The notes below the pieces were generated by a model. That model was not told where the DNA came from and ran no database searches. It worked only from the letters and a program-made list of their open reading frames with translations. DNA of 64,000 nt from a bacterium. GTDB lineage: Bacteria > Zhuqueibacterota > Zhuqueibacteria > Residuimicrobiales > Krinioviventaceae. The DNA lies in contig CAXXMD010000003.1 in the NCBI GenBank assembly GCA_963675755.2, positions 2,976,001 through 3,040,000 on the forward strand. Direction: 5' to 3'. The first letter of the stretch is position 1; every line of letters begins with the position of its first letter. Positions 49,962 to 59,557 of the stretch are shown piece by piece. The translations under genes and the position numbers were made by a program.

Positions 49962-51729
49962 ATTTTTATTAAAAATTGCCGCAATTTGGGACATGCCCCC
50001 GAAGCGTTTTGTACTGATTGTATCTGTCTTAATACTGATCATTAGAATTGGTTATGTGAGTACCCTGGAGAATACCTGGTACTTTTTTGATACCATACAT
50101 TATGATTCTGCTGCACAACACATTGTAAAAGGGGAGGGCTTTGGTCCCGGTCTACATTATTATAATTTATACAAACAGTATAGTCTTGAACCGGTATATC
50201 CTTTATTTTTAGCAGGAATATACTCGGTGTTTGGGCATTCTTTCCTCGCTGTTCGTATTGCACAATCCATTCTCGGACTGTTAACGCTGCTGTTCCTGTA
50301 TCTGATTGCCAGGAATCTAATGCCTGAACGCTATGCACGGGGAGTGCTTTTGTTTGGCGGCGTATATCCATTTTTTGTTTATATTGCCGGATTATTATAT
50401 GCGACCCAGATTTTTACATTTTTTATCGTCTTGGGTATTTGGATCTTTATAGAGTACTTTAAAAATCCTCGCTTATGGTTAATGTTAGCCGGTGGAATTG
50501 TTTTGGGGTTGGCGGTTTTATCTATTCCTGTATATGTTGTAGCGTTACCCTTGTTTGTATTATGGGTTTTCATTTTCAGCAAGCAAACTTATTCAAAACG
50601 CTTTACTGCTGCACTGGTACTGGGGGCAAGCATTGTGTTGATTCTGATCCCATGGACAGTTAGAAATTATTTGGTGTTTCATGAAATAAAGTACGCGCGC
50701 GCATTCATTCCACAGGAAGAAGCTTTTTCTCAAGTTTTCTGGAAAATAGAAAGGGAAAAATCGTTACAAAAAGAAGAACTGGATGTTAAAAACTTTTCTT
50801 TTTATTATTACGAACAGAACGACAAGAGCTATCTTGACTGCTTTATAAACAATAAACATTTTTTCACGCTTAATCCTTACAAGAAATTATCAATACCCGA
50901 CAGTGGTTATTATAATGGTTTAATGTTCTTTGGCAAAAGAAAAATCTATGTTAAAGAAAATAGTTTTAATGAAAGAAAGATTGTGGGGCAGGATACTCTA
51001 CAAACAAGTATTTGGGATTCAAAGTCTGCTATTGATCTCGTAACACAATCCGAAACCGTTAAAACTGAAAACCAGCAAATCGTTTATCAGGGACATGAAA
51101 GAGGTTGGGATAAACCTGTTTTTGTGCAAAAATTAAATACTGCCAATTTCTTTGATGTGCATTATGAGAAGCCCTTGTCACCCAAATATGTGAACCGGGT
51201 GGCAATGCTTGTTTTTATGGATAGCATGGAAGCGGATGGTGATGGATATATGGTATGGTTGCACCCCTGGTTGGAACCGGATCTTTGGCACATTAAAGAC
51301 CAGAAACCTGACAGCAGTGTAGCTGTATTAAAATCATTTGCTGATGGTAGAAGCATTAACTTGATGTATCTGTTAAAGAATTACCCTAACGAATATATTT
51401 TTAAACATTATATCCCGGAATTTATTAATTTCTGGTCTCCCGGAATTGCACGAATTTCTTCCAAGGAAAGGGTGCCTGGCTTAAAAATACAGATCGTTGC
51501 CATTGCAAGTTTTGCTCCGATATTATTATTAATGCCCTTTGGCATATGGGCCGCAAGAAAAAAATGGCGTTCATTGATTTTGTATTTAATACCCATACTC
51601 ACCTTGTCTGCAGGATATTCACTGTTTTTTACAGAAACCCGTTATCGTATCCCCATTGACGGATTTGTGATACTTTTTGCATTTGTGGGTGCAAGCTGGT
51701 TAATATTACGATTGAAAAAGCGTGCTTGA
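49954..51729 (+). CDS. GT-C (ArnT/PMT-like) membrane glycosyltransferase with large inserted soluble domain
   Basis: DTIHY, PVYPLFLA, RIAQ, PWTVRNY, about 210 aa soluble insert, TRYRIP. Confidence 0.75.
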   Translation: MNKFLLKIAAIWDMPPKRFVLIVSVLILIIRIGYVSTLENTWYFFDTIHYDSAAQHIVKGEGFGPGLHYYNLYKQYSLEPVYPLFLAGIYSVFGHSFLAVRIAQSILGLLTLLFLYLIARNLMPERYARGVLLFGGVYPFFVYIAGLLYATQIFTFFIVLGIWIFIEYFKNPRLWLMLAGGIVLGLAVLSIPVYVVALPLFVLWVFIFSKQTYSKRFTAALVLGASIVLILIPWTVRNYLVFHEIKYARAFIPQEEAFSQVFWKIEREKSLQKEELDVKNFSFYYYEQNDKSYLDCFINNKHFFTLNPYKKLSIPDSGYYNGLMFFGKRKIYVKENSFNERKIVGQDTLQTSIWDSKSAIDLVTQSETVKTENQQIVYQGHERGWDKPVFVQKLNTANFFDVHYEKPLSPKYVNRVAMLVFMDSMEADGDGYMVWLHPWLEPDLWHIKDQKPDSSVAVLKSFADGRSINLMYLLKNYPNEYIFKHYIPEFINFWSPGIARISSKERVPGLKIQIVAIASFAPILLLMPFGIWAARKKWRSLILYLIPILTLSAGYSLFFTETRYRIPIDGFVILFAFVGASWLILRLKKRA

Positions 51730-51938
51730 AATATTAACTGTTTTTGATGTAGGTGTTTGAGATTTTCATAAATTATTGTACATTAGCAGTTCTGGATTCA
51801 TACAAGACTATGACCAGTATATTATCTGGTATAAATATTGCGCTTTAATGTAAAATATGTTGTTCTTTTTTGTTTTTATTGACTTTATGCGTTGAAATTG
51901 TATTTTGAATTGTTTCACACAAAGACATTGTATCAATT

Positions 51939-53351
51939 ATGACTTTATTTATTAGACTTTTATATATTGCTTTGGGATTGTTCCTGTCTATCAACCAGGG
52001 AATAACCCTGATTGTGGGTAACCTGCGCAATGGCCAGATCATTGGTTCTGATGTATTCATGCCGGTAGACTTTCCGTTATATCTATTGTTGTTTTTAACA
52101 CCGAATAAAAGCAAGGGCACAAAATCTTGGTTTTTGAGTTTCTTTGTTAAATTATTAATCTTTTTGTTTTATTTGCTTAGCTTTACCGGAGAATCCATTG
52201 CCTATGACAATGGTGAGTTCCGTTTCCAGATGGTGCATCTCACAAGAGCAATGCTCATTTTCTTTGTAATAGCGTCAAGATTACATGATCGTGCTATGCT
52301 CAAGAGTTTTGTAGTAGGTTTATTACTGGGTTTAGGATTCCAAAGTACGGTAGGGTTTTGGCAATGGCAGGTAGGACCGGTTTCTTTACCATTCTTTAAT
52401 ATTGATTCCAGTTATCGTGTCAGTGGTTTGATTGGTGTGCCTAATGCATTTGGAGCATATCTGATCACATTGATTCCCCTTGCCATACGTGTTATCTTTT
52501 TTACCAATATAAAACCGAAATGGCTCTGGGTTATTATTACCATTTTCTCATTAGGTTCTTTGTATGCAACATATACCCGTGGTGCCTGGCTTGCTTTTGT
52601 AGGTGCCATGTTCTTGTTTACGCTCAAGGATTTAAACAGTACAAAGATAAAAACACAGCAAAAATTGACTTTTGTTGCAATTGCCATTATTTTTATGGCA
52701 TTTATGGGTGTCAAGTATGGTGGAAATATTTCTGCCAGAATGCAGGGCTCTACCGAGTCTTTGGCAGGAGATGCCAGTCAAAGCCGTTTAAACCTTGCCA
52801 AAGATGCTTTGAGAATTATTAACGACAACAAGGTCTTTGGCGTAGGATTGAACAATTATCGTAATCATGCTGACCAGGCCACCCTGGGATTAAGAATAGT
52901 GCATAACGCGTATTTGTTGATAGGTGCTGAGCAGGGGCTGATTGCTCTGTTTTTATTTATACTTGCTCACTTGATTGTCTTGTTTGGAGGATTGAAATTG
53001 CTTTCATCAAAAGACAAGCTTATATACAATGTGGGATCAGCAACGCTGACAGGATACCTTGCGATTTTAGTATATCACCTGATTGCACCTGATTATAGAA
53101 TGGTGGGAGTTTTGATGAACCATTGGCGATTACCCGCAATGATTCTTGCGTTACTGGTAATGAATGATATTGTTGATAAACAAATGCTACGTAAACGTTT
53201 GGCACATAATAACAAGCGGATGAATGGTACCCGAAAAATTCAAAACTCTATAGGTAATGGAAATGGCAATGGTAACCATCAATCCAATATTAATACAGAT
53301 TCTTCAATTATATATAAAAGTAATATTGAAAATAATGAACAGGGAGTATAA
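51939..53351 (+). CDS. O-antigen ligase / Wzy polymerase family protein
   Basis: R..G..GVPNAFG, TYTRGAW, SR..FGVGLNNY, VHNAYLLIGAEQG. Confidence 0.82.
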   Translation: MTLFIRLLYIALGLFLSINQGITLIVGNLRNGQIIGSDVFMPVDFPLYLLLFLTPNKSKGTKSWFLSFFVKLLIFLFYLLSFTGESIAYDNGEFRFQMVHLTRAMLIFFVIASRLHDRAMLKSFVVGLLLGLGFQSTVGFWQWQVGPVSLPFFNIDSSYRVSGLIGVPNAFGAYLITLIPLAIRVIFFTNIKPKWLWVIITIFSLGSLYATYTRGAWLAFVGAMFLFTLKDLNSTKIKTQQKLTFVAIAIIFMAFMGVKYGGNISARMQGSTESLAGDASQSRLNLAKDALRIINDNKVFGVGLNNYRNHADQATLGLRIVHNAYLLIGAEQGLIALFLFILAHLIVLFGGLKLLSSKDKLIYNVGSATLTGYLAILVYHLIAPDYRMVGVLMNHWRLPAMILALLVMNDIVDKQMLRKRLAHNNKRMNGTRKIQNSIGNGNGNGNHQSNINTDSSIIYKSNIENNEQGV

Positions 53352-53746
53352 TGCAAATAACTGATGCAGGTATTTCGTTACAGGGTAAATTAATTATCCT
53401 GGCGGCAGGAATCATTTTCATCATTTTTATTTTTTACTTGTTAAAATCACGCAAGATCAGTGATTCATTAGGGCTTGTATGGTTAACAGTATCTATTGGT
53501 ATGGTTTTGGTGATGAGCAGCAATACTGTTTTGTTATTTGTAACTCATATATTGGGAGCGCAGTATCCTGCTTCTGCGTTGACAATGATTGGGCTGTTTT
53601 TTATCATGTCTTTGTTGCTATATTTTACCCTCAAATTAACCAAACTGAACCAGGATCTGCGTGCATTTGTTCAACAAATGGCTATGAAAAATATGGAGCT
53701 GGAAGAAAAGATTTCAAAACTTGAATCCGGTAACAAAGATCAATAA
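53351..53746 (+). CDS. DUF2304 family small membrane protein
   Basis: Three TMs, LVWL, LGAQYP, C-terminal coiled coil (LRAFVQQMA). Confidence 0.72.
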   Translation: MQITDAGISLQGKLIILAAGIIFIIFIFYLLKSRKISDSLGLVWLTVSIGMVLVMSSNTVLLFVTHILGAQYPASALTMIGLFFIMSLLLYFTLKLTKLNQDLRAFVQQMAMKNMELEEKISKLESGNKDQ

Positions 53747-53773
53747 TCAGGTTTATTTTACCTCCTCAAAAAT

Positions 53774-55219
53774 ATGGCACAATTACAAAAAAACATCGGC
53801 TTTGCCAGTATAGGTCATTTAATCTATACGCTGCTGGCCTTTTTATTGATTCCGTTTGCTACCCGGTACCTGGGAGTAATAAATTTTGGTGTTTATTCTC
53901 TGGCGACTACAGTCGGTTTTTTTGTCAACCTATTAACCGATTTGGGAATGTCTATTCTTTTAACACGAGAGATTTCCAAACATAGAAAAATTGCCAAAGC
54001 ATTGTTTGATTCCTTTATGGGGATCAAGTCAGTCCTCGTTCTGAGCACCATTGGATTACTGCTTTTATATCTTCAGGTTGGTGATTTTACAGCAACCGCA
54101 TTTCATACCATATTAATCTATTCTGTTTCATCAATCATCAGTTCCTACACGCAAAATATTTTTTCTGTATTCAGAGGATTTGAGAGAATAGAATATGAAT
54201 CTCTTGGTATGAGCCTGGACAAGTTTTTATCAGTAATCCTGGGTATTCTTTTTCTAATAGCCGGTTTTGATATTCGTATTTTTATTTCATCATTTGTTAT
54301 TGCCAGCCTTGTAAAATTATTTGTAATTACTTTTATTCTGCAAAAGCATTTTTTCAAGCCTGGAATTCAATATTCATTTTCCAGGAATAAAGTGCTCATG
54401 TTGACAGCCTTACCTTTTGGTCTGTCAAATTTATTGGCATTGTGTTATAATTATTTTGATATACTGATGCTTTCTGCCATGACCAATTTCCGAGATGTGG
54501 GTTGGTACAATGGCAGTTACAAATTCCTAAGTTTAACAACACTGGTTCCTATCGTGTTAACAGCAGGGCTGTTACCTCAATTATCTGTACATCATAAAAA
54601 TAGAAAAGAGTTGACTGGTTTGTTTTTAAAGGGAGTGACTTATTTGTTTATGGTTTCCATTCCCATGGTTCCGGTAATTCTTTTATCTGCAGATTGGATC
54701 GTTAATACTGTTTTGGGCCCTGAATTATATGGATCCATCATATCGTTAAAGATCCTCGTTTTTGCTGCTTTTGCACAAATGTTGAATTATTTGTTTGTTT
54801 CCCTGTTTGCTGCTGTGAATCAGCAAAAGAAAATTTTATATTTTCAAATTATTGGTCTTGTTATTAACCTTGTATTAAATTTAATACTTATACCTGTTAT
54901 ATCTTATCGTGGTGCGGCATTTGCTACAATTGTAACGGAATGGATTATATTGATTTTTATCGTCGTTTGGGCATCCATTCATATATTCACTTCCACAAAA
55001 GCATGGAAAGTGTTTGTTATCAAGACTGTTCAACTGCTGTTTTCAACAGTCATAATAACGCTGATTTTGTGGTTGTTAATTAAAAACCAAATGGCAACAT
55101 TGTTAGCCCTGTTTATTAGTGCAGGGATTTATGTTCTTTGTTTACAGTTATTTAAGGTTGTTGATCTTGTGGCGTTGTCGCATTCCGTTTTGGCAAGAAT
55201 TAATCATGGAGAGAATTAG
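53774..55219 (+). CDS. Second Wzx-type flippase
   Basis: RYLGVINFGVYS, DLGMSILLTREIS, FRGFERI, DILMLS, VGWYN, LNLILIP..GAAFAT. Confidence 0.88.
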   Translation: MAQLQKNIGFASIGHLIYTLLAFLLIPFATRYLGVINFGVYSLATTVGFFVNLLTDLGMSILLTREISKHRKIAKALFDSFMGIKSVLVLSTIGLLLLYLQVGDFTATAFHTILIYSVSSIISSYTQNIFSVFRGFERIEYESLGMSLDKFLSVILGILFLIAGFDIRIFISSFVIASLVKLFVITFILQKHFFKPGIQYSFSRNKVLMLTALPFGLSNLLALCYNYFDILMLSAMTNFRDVGWYNGSYKFLSLTTLVPIVLTAGLLPQLSVHHKNRKELTGLFLKGVTYLFMVSIPMVPVILLSADWIVNTVLGPELYGSIISLKILVFAAFAQMLNYLFVSLFAAVNQQKKILYFQIIGLVINLVLNLILIPVISYRGAAFATIVTEWIILIFIVVWASIHIFTSTKAWKVFVIKTVQLLFSTVIITLILWLLIKNQMATLLALFISAGIYVLCLQLFKVVDLVALSHSVLARINHGEN

Positions 55220-55224
55220 AAATA

Positions 55225-56001
55225 GTGGATTCTAAAATAGAGAATATTCAGAGATTTTACGAGACGGAAAAGGCACTGGTCACTTCACCCTTTATTGAAC
55301 AGTCCGGAAAATTGAACCGTGAACTATTGGCAACAGTTTTTGACAAATTGGGTATTAAAACGGACAAAAGGGTAATAGCTGATGTTGGTTGTGGTACGGG
55401 TCTGCTGGCCAGATATTTTGATGATGCAATGTACTACATTGGGCTTGATCTCGTTTTTCATCCGACATTGAGTGCACTTGCAGATAATACACATCAATTC
55501 GTTCAGGCAGATGCCCAGATCAATCCTTTACAAGACGAATCGGTTGATTTTATTGTATGCCTTGATAGTTTTGAACACTATCCGGATCAGATAAAAGCAG
55601 CCAAAGAGTTCTATCGTGTGCTCAAACCGGAAGGAAGCTTGTTTCTGTCTATACCAACTTATGCAAATGTTGCAGGTTTGGTAAAATGGTTTTCTGAAAA
55701 ATATGGCAGTTATGAGAAAAATACATGGGCTCCTTTTGATTACTGGAAACCCGAAGCTTTGGAACACTTTGTAACCCCTAAATTGGTTAGAAATGTTTTT
55801 CAATCGGCAGGTTTTACAGACTTGAGTATGATAGGATATGACAAAGAAGTTGTTGTAGGCATGTTTCCATGGGTATGGCACCCGAAAATGCCTGGCAAGA
55901 TTGTTGGCTTGATGCAAAGAGTGTTTAAATTGTTTTCTAAACCTTTGGTCAAGATAATACCACAATCCAGTTTGCATACATTTTGGAAAATATCTAAATA
56001 A
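55225..56001 (+). CDS. Class I SAM-dependent methyltransferase
   Basis: DVGCGTG, ADAQINP, SFEH, RVLKPEG; GTG start. Confidence 0.85.
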   Translation: MDSKIENIQRFYETEKALVTSPFIEQSGKLNRELLATVFDKLGIKTDKRVIADVGCGTGLLARYFDDAMYYIGLDLVFHPTLSALADNTHQFVQADAQINPLQDESVDFIVCLDSFEHYPDQIKAAKEFYRVLKPEGSLFLSIPTYANVAGLVKWFSEKYGSYEKNTWAPFDYWKPEALEHFVTPKLVRNVFQSAGFTDLSMIGYDKEVVVGMFPWVWHPKMPGKIVGLMQRVFKLFSKPLVKIIPQSSLHTFWKISK

Positions 56002-56015
56002 TATACGTTGGAGTA

Positions 56016-58103
56016 TTGATCATGAAAAAAACATATATCCTCATAATAATGGCATTGTTTGTACTGTTTCATGCATACAATATATTGGCGCAATCCTATG
56101 ATCGTTTAAACCCACCATATCCCCGTACAGCTATGTTTAACATGGTTGATCCTACCAAATCATTGCAGGATGGTGTGCGTCACGAGATGCTCAAAGATTA
56201 TGATATGGTAATGATTTACGGAATGACAGATTTTGGCGGACATATACTTGCACCTATTCTGCGAGCACAAAATCCTAATCAGATTTTATTTGCTTCCGGT
56301 ATTAATGGTGTTAATGATCGTGATCCGGTTGGGTACTTTATGGTGAGAAGTTATCGTGGTGTTTTAAAAGAAGATATTGTACCTAATCAGGAATATATAA
56401 CAGTATCTACAACTGCAAATATTCATGCAGGGCAAGCTACTGCAGAGTATTGCTATGTTTTTATTGGTGACGATTTGATCAAAGTTAGAAGTGTGGAGAA
56501 TGATACAACTTTGCGATTGGTAGTTGATAATGAAGAGCGTTTTGTGATTAGTACCAATCACTTTGCAAATGATACACTTTTTAGCCCACTTCGTTCACCA
56601 GGTCCTGGTATTTATCCCGATTTTGGACAATATGCGAAAACTGTAGATGGTATTTATGCATGGGATTATATTGCCGAAGAAAATTATTATCGTGAAGTAG
56701 ATTGGGCATCCGGCTTGTATGATGGAATGTACCATGATTTTTTCACCTATACTTTGCATATTGACGGATGGCAATTTGATATTGATAGAAACGGTGTTCC
56801 TGATGAAGATGAACATTCCAGTGACTGGTATAATGAACAGTGGCGCTATGGTGCTAGAAAATTTGTCGAACGTGAAAATCAGATAATGGCCGAGCTTACT
56901 CCAACAATGTCAAACCTATTGGCCCTGAATGCAGGTGGTGTATTGTTCGATCTTTATGATGTCATTAATGGACACCAGTTTGAAGGTTTTCAACGATTTG
57001 TTGCATGGGACTGGTTTAAGGATGATGGTATTGCCTGGATGAATAATGGTAAACAACCTTTAATGATGTCAATCTTTGATTATTTCCCTGAAAAGCATTT
57101 TTACAATGGTAAAAACCGTTTTAATAAAGTTCGTTTTGGTTTGACTGCTTCTATGATGTTTGACATGTATTATGGCTATACAGGTGGTGATACCTACTGG
57201 TTGTTCTATTGGTACGACGAGTTTGAAACCAATATGGGATATCCAACCGGTCCTTACTCTGAACTATCTAATGGTTTGTTGGTTCGTTATTTTGACAACG
57301 GTGTTGCTATTTGTAATCCTACCGGTGCAGATCAGACTTTGACTTCTGCTATGCTTACCGGTGGACCCTATTATCGGTTAAAAGGTGGACAAGATCCGGT
57401 CATGAACAATGGTGAATTGTTTACTGAAGTTTCATTATATGGTTATGACTATGGTATACAAAACCTGCGTGGTGATGGTATTTTACTTTTTAAAGAGCCT
57501 ACCACTGCTATTTGTGATATCATTGTAGACAATTTCTTTTTAAACAGTACTTCTCCCGGTTCTGATCCTGTTGAATTAACCGGCTCCTGGACTAAAGCCG
57601 TATCTGCCGGTCATACTGACTTTACTCAAAACAATCCCTATTGGGGACAAGATGGTACTCGCCGGGTTCTGGATTTGAGCAGCTATAATTATTACTATGA
57701 TGAAGGTTACGGATATCACTATTGTTCTGCAGGAAGTGGAGAAAATACTGCTACCTGGAAACCCACAATCGGTGTTGAAGGTTGGTATGAAGTTTCGGAA
57801 TGGCACGGATGGCATGGAGATGCTGCAAACAGTTACCAGGAAGCGACAAATGTTCCGTTCGAAATGGGTGTTGATACTGAAGTCCGTTTACGTGGCACAA
57901 TAGATCAGCAGAGCAATGTAGGGCAATGGAACCGATTGGGATATTTGTATTTGCCTGCTGGAAAACTGGGATATGTCAAGATCACGAACGAAGCGAATGG
58001 TTATGTTATTGTTGACGCAATGAAATTTACCTATATGGGAGATTCATCCTTTACCCCGGATTCAACTCCACCCGCCAGACCTACGAATGTTCAAGTATAT
58101 TAA
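56016..58103 (+). CDS. Secreted putative glycoside hydrolase (GHL15-like TIM barrel) + golvesin/xanthan-lyase C-terminal-like beta-sandwich + PxxP tail
   Basis: Signal peptide; LRAQNPN, YDGMYHD, NGHQFEGF, RFGL, WYDEF..RYFDNGVAICNP; C-domain ATWKP..GWYEV..DQQSNVGQWNRLG..VIVDAMKF; start TTG 56016 or ATG 56022. Confidence 0.62.
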   Translation: MIMKKTYILIIMALFVLFHAYNILAQSYDRLNPPYPRTAMFNMVDPTKSLQDGVRHEMLKDYDMVMIYGMTDFGGHILAPILRAQNPNQILFASGINGVNDRDPVGYFMVRSYRGVLKEDIVPNQEYITVSTTANIHAGQATAEYCYVFIGDDLIKVRSVENDTTLRLVVDNEERFVISTNHFANDTLFSPLRSPGPGIYPDFGQYAKTVDGIYAWDYIAEENYYREVDWASGLYDGMYHDFFTYTLHIDGWQFDIDRNGVPDEDEHSSDWYNEQWRYGARKFVERENQIMAELTPTMSNLLALNAGGVLFDLYDVINGHQFEGFQRFVAWDWFKDDGIAWMNNGKQPLMMSIFDYFPEKHFYNGKNRFNKVRFGLTASMMFDMYYGYTGGDTYWLFYWYDEFETNMGYPTGPYSELSNGLLVRYFDNGVAICNPTGADQTLTSAMLTGGPYYRLKGGQDPVMNNGELFTEVSLYGYDYGIQNLRGDGILLFKEPTTAICDIIVDNFFLNSTSPGSDPVELTGSWTKAVSAGHTDFTQNNPYWGQDGTRRVLDLSSYNYYYDEGYGYHYCSAGSGENTATWKPTIGVEGWYEVSEWHGWHGDAANSYQEATNVPFEMGVDTEVRLRGTIDQQSNVGQWNRLGYLYLPAGKLGYVKITNEANGYVIVDAMKFTYMGDSSFTPDSTPPARPTNVQVY

Positions 58104-58124
58104 CACAGTATATATATAAATTTC

Positions 58125-58161
58125 AAGGCCCTGTTGTTACATCAGCAGGGCCTTTTTTTTT
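58125..58161 (+). terminator. Rho-independent terminator
   Basis: AAGGCCCTGTTG-TTACAT-CAGCAGGGCCTT followed by a T run. Confidence 0.88.
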
Positions 58162-58344
58162 ATTATCTAAAATACTTGTAATTAATAGAAAAAAAGATTA
58201 ATTTAAGTGTCTATCTAAAGGCTTTAAAAGATATCTTAAAGTGTTACTTTAGGATATGTCAGGTATAGGTATTATTAAATAAAAAAAATTTCGGCAATAT
58301 TGAAAACAAACCCTATTGTCATTATATTGTAATAGGTTGTTTGA

Positions 58345-59553
58345 ATGTTTGTCAGGATGAAGACTTTGTATATCGTCTATTTTAATTACATGCAGGATCT
58401 GTACGGGAGCTCTATCGGTTCGACGATAAAAGCAGAACGGCTGTTTGAGAACCTGCAACTGATGGGGCATACAGTCTCTGCCTATTGGCGATATGCAGAT
58501 GAAAAGGTTGACTCGCAAGTTCAAACACAACGGGTGCAGAACAAAAACAGTATAAAACCGTTTTTGAGGAAACTGTTTTTTACGCCCAAAGAGATTTTGA
58601 AAAATCTGGTCGAGCTTTTTAGAGAATGGAGATTCCTGCAAAAGCATCATCCTGATGTGGTCATTGTAAGATGCGACGCTTATCGATATTCTGCTGCACT
58701 GTTGAGCCGGCTGTTGAATATTCCGCTTGTTGTAGAAGCTGATGGTGCCAACTCTTATGAGTGGCTGACCTTTAATAATAAGGATGGTAATATCTGGAAA
58801 AGCTGGCTTTTGGGTATTGAAAAATATAATTTCAAAATTGCCAGGCATGTATTTGTTCAATCCAATATCGCCAAAGATTATTATGCATCGATTTTTCCTG
58901 ATCAAAAGGATAAAATCTCTGTTATTACAAACGGTGCAGATCTTCGGCCTGTTGACGATGTTGCCATGAAGCAGAAACTCGGTATCCCTAAAGATGCAGT
59001 TGTGTGCGGATTTGTTGGGTCGATGCATTATTGGCACAATACAGGATTGTTGTTTGGTTTGTTGAACACATTGATGCCCAAACATACCAATCTTTATTTT
59101 GTTATGGTTGGCGGTGGCGGTCCTATGGCAGATGCATTCAAACAACAATGTGCTGGCTATGAATGGAGTAATAGAATTGTTTTTACGGGCAAAGTTCCGT
59201 ACGAGACAACACACGAATATATGAATATTATGGAGATAACACTTGCGCCTTATGCAAAAAGTGATATGTTTTATTATTCACCCGTCAAAGTATTTGAATA
59301 TATGGCGCAGGGTAGAGCTGTAATTACTACAGCCGTAGGTCAAATTGAGGAACTGATTCAAGATGGTGTGAATGGTCTTTTTTTTGATCCTGATTTGGAA
59401 AACGATCTGTCTGTTAAAGTGGATCAATTATTGTCCGATCCCGCTATGCGTAAAACATTGGGTGAAAATGCCAGAGCGTGTATAGCGCGTGAACATACAT
59501 GGAAACATAAAGCAGAACAGCTTCAACAGTTATGTTTGGATGCTATAAATTAA
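58345..59553 (+). CDS. Glycosyltransferase family 4
   Basis: ITNGAD, GFVGSMHYWH, YYSPVKVFEYMA. Confidence 0.88.
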   Translation: MFVRMKTLYIVYFNYMQDLYGSSIGSTIKAERLFENLQLMGHTVSAYWRYADEKVDSQVQTQRVQNKNSIKPFLRKLFFTPKEILKNLVELFREWRFLQKHHPDVVIVRCDAYRYSAALLSRLLNIPLVVEADGANSYEWLTFNNKDGNIWKSWLLGIEKYNFKIARHVFVQSNIAKDYYASIFPDQKDKISVITNGADLRPVDDVAMKQKLGIPKDAVVCGFVGSMHYWHNTGLLFGLLNTLMPKHTNLYFVMVGGGGPMADAFKQQCAGYEWSNRIVFTGKVPYETTHEYMNIMEITLAPYAKSDMFYYSPVKVFEYMAQGRAVITTAVGQIEELIQDGVNGLFFDPDLENDLSVKVDQLLSDPAMRKTLGENARACIAREHTWKHKAEQLQQLCLDAIN

Positions 59554-59557
59554 GACT

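Noticed and set aside
51730-51938. 209-nt AT-rich gap with a 12-codon ORF before the Wzy-like gene
   Set aside because: No sigma54 box, clear hairpin or convincing coding signal; probably an ordinary promoter region
53250-53280. GNGNGNGN low-complexity stretch in the Wzy-like C-terminus
   Set aside because: Short, with varied codons; no sign of a phase-variable repeat
58249-59214. 321-aa minus-strand ORF
   Set aside because: Antisense shadow of a clear GT4 gene, with no recognisable motifs
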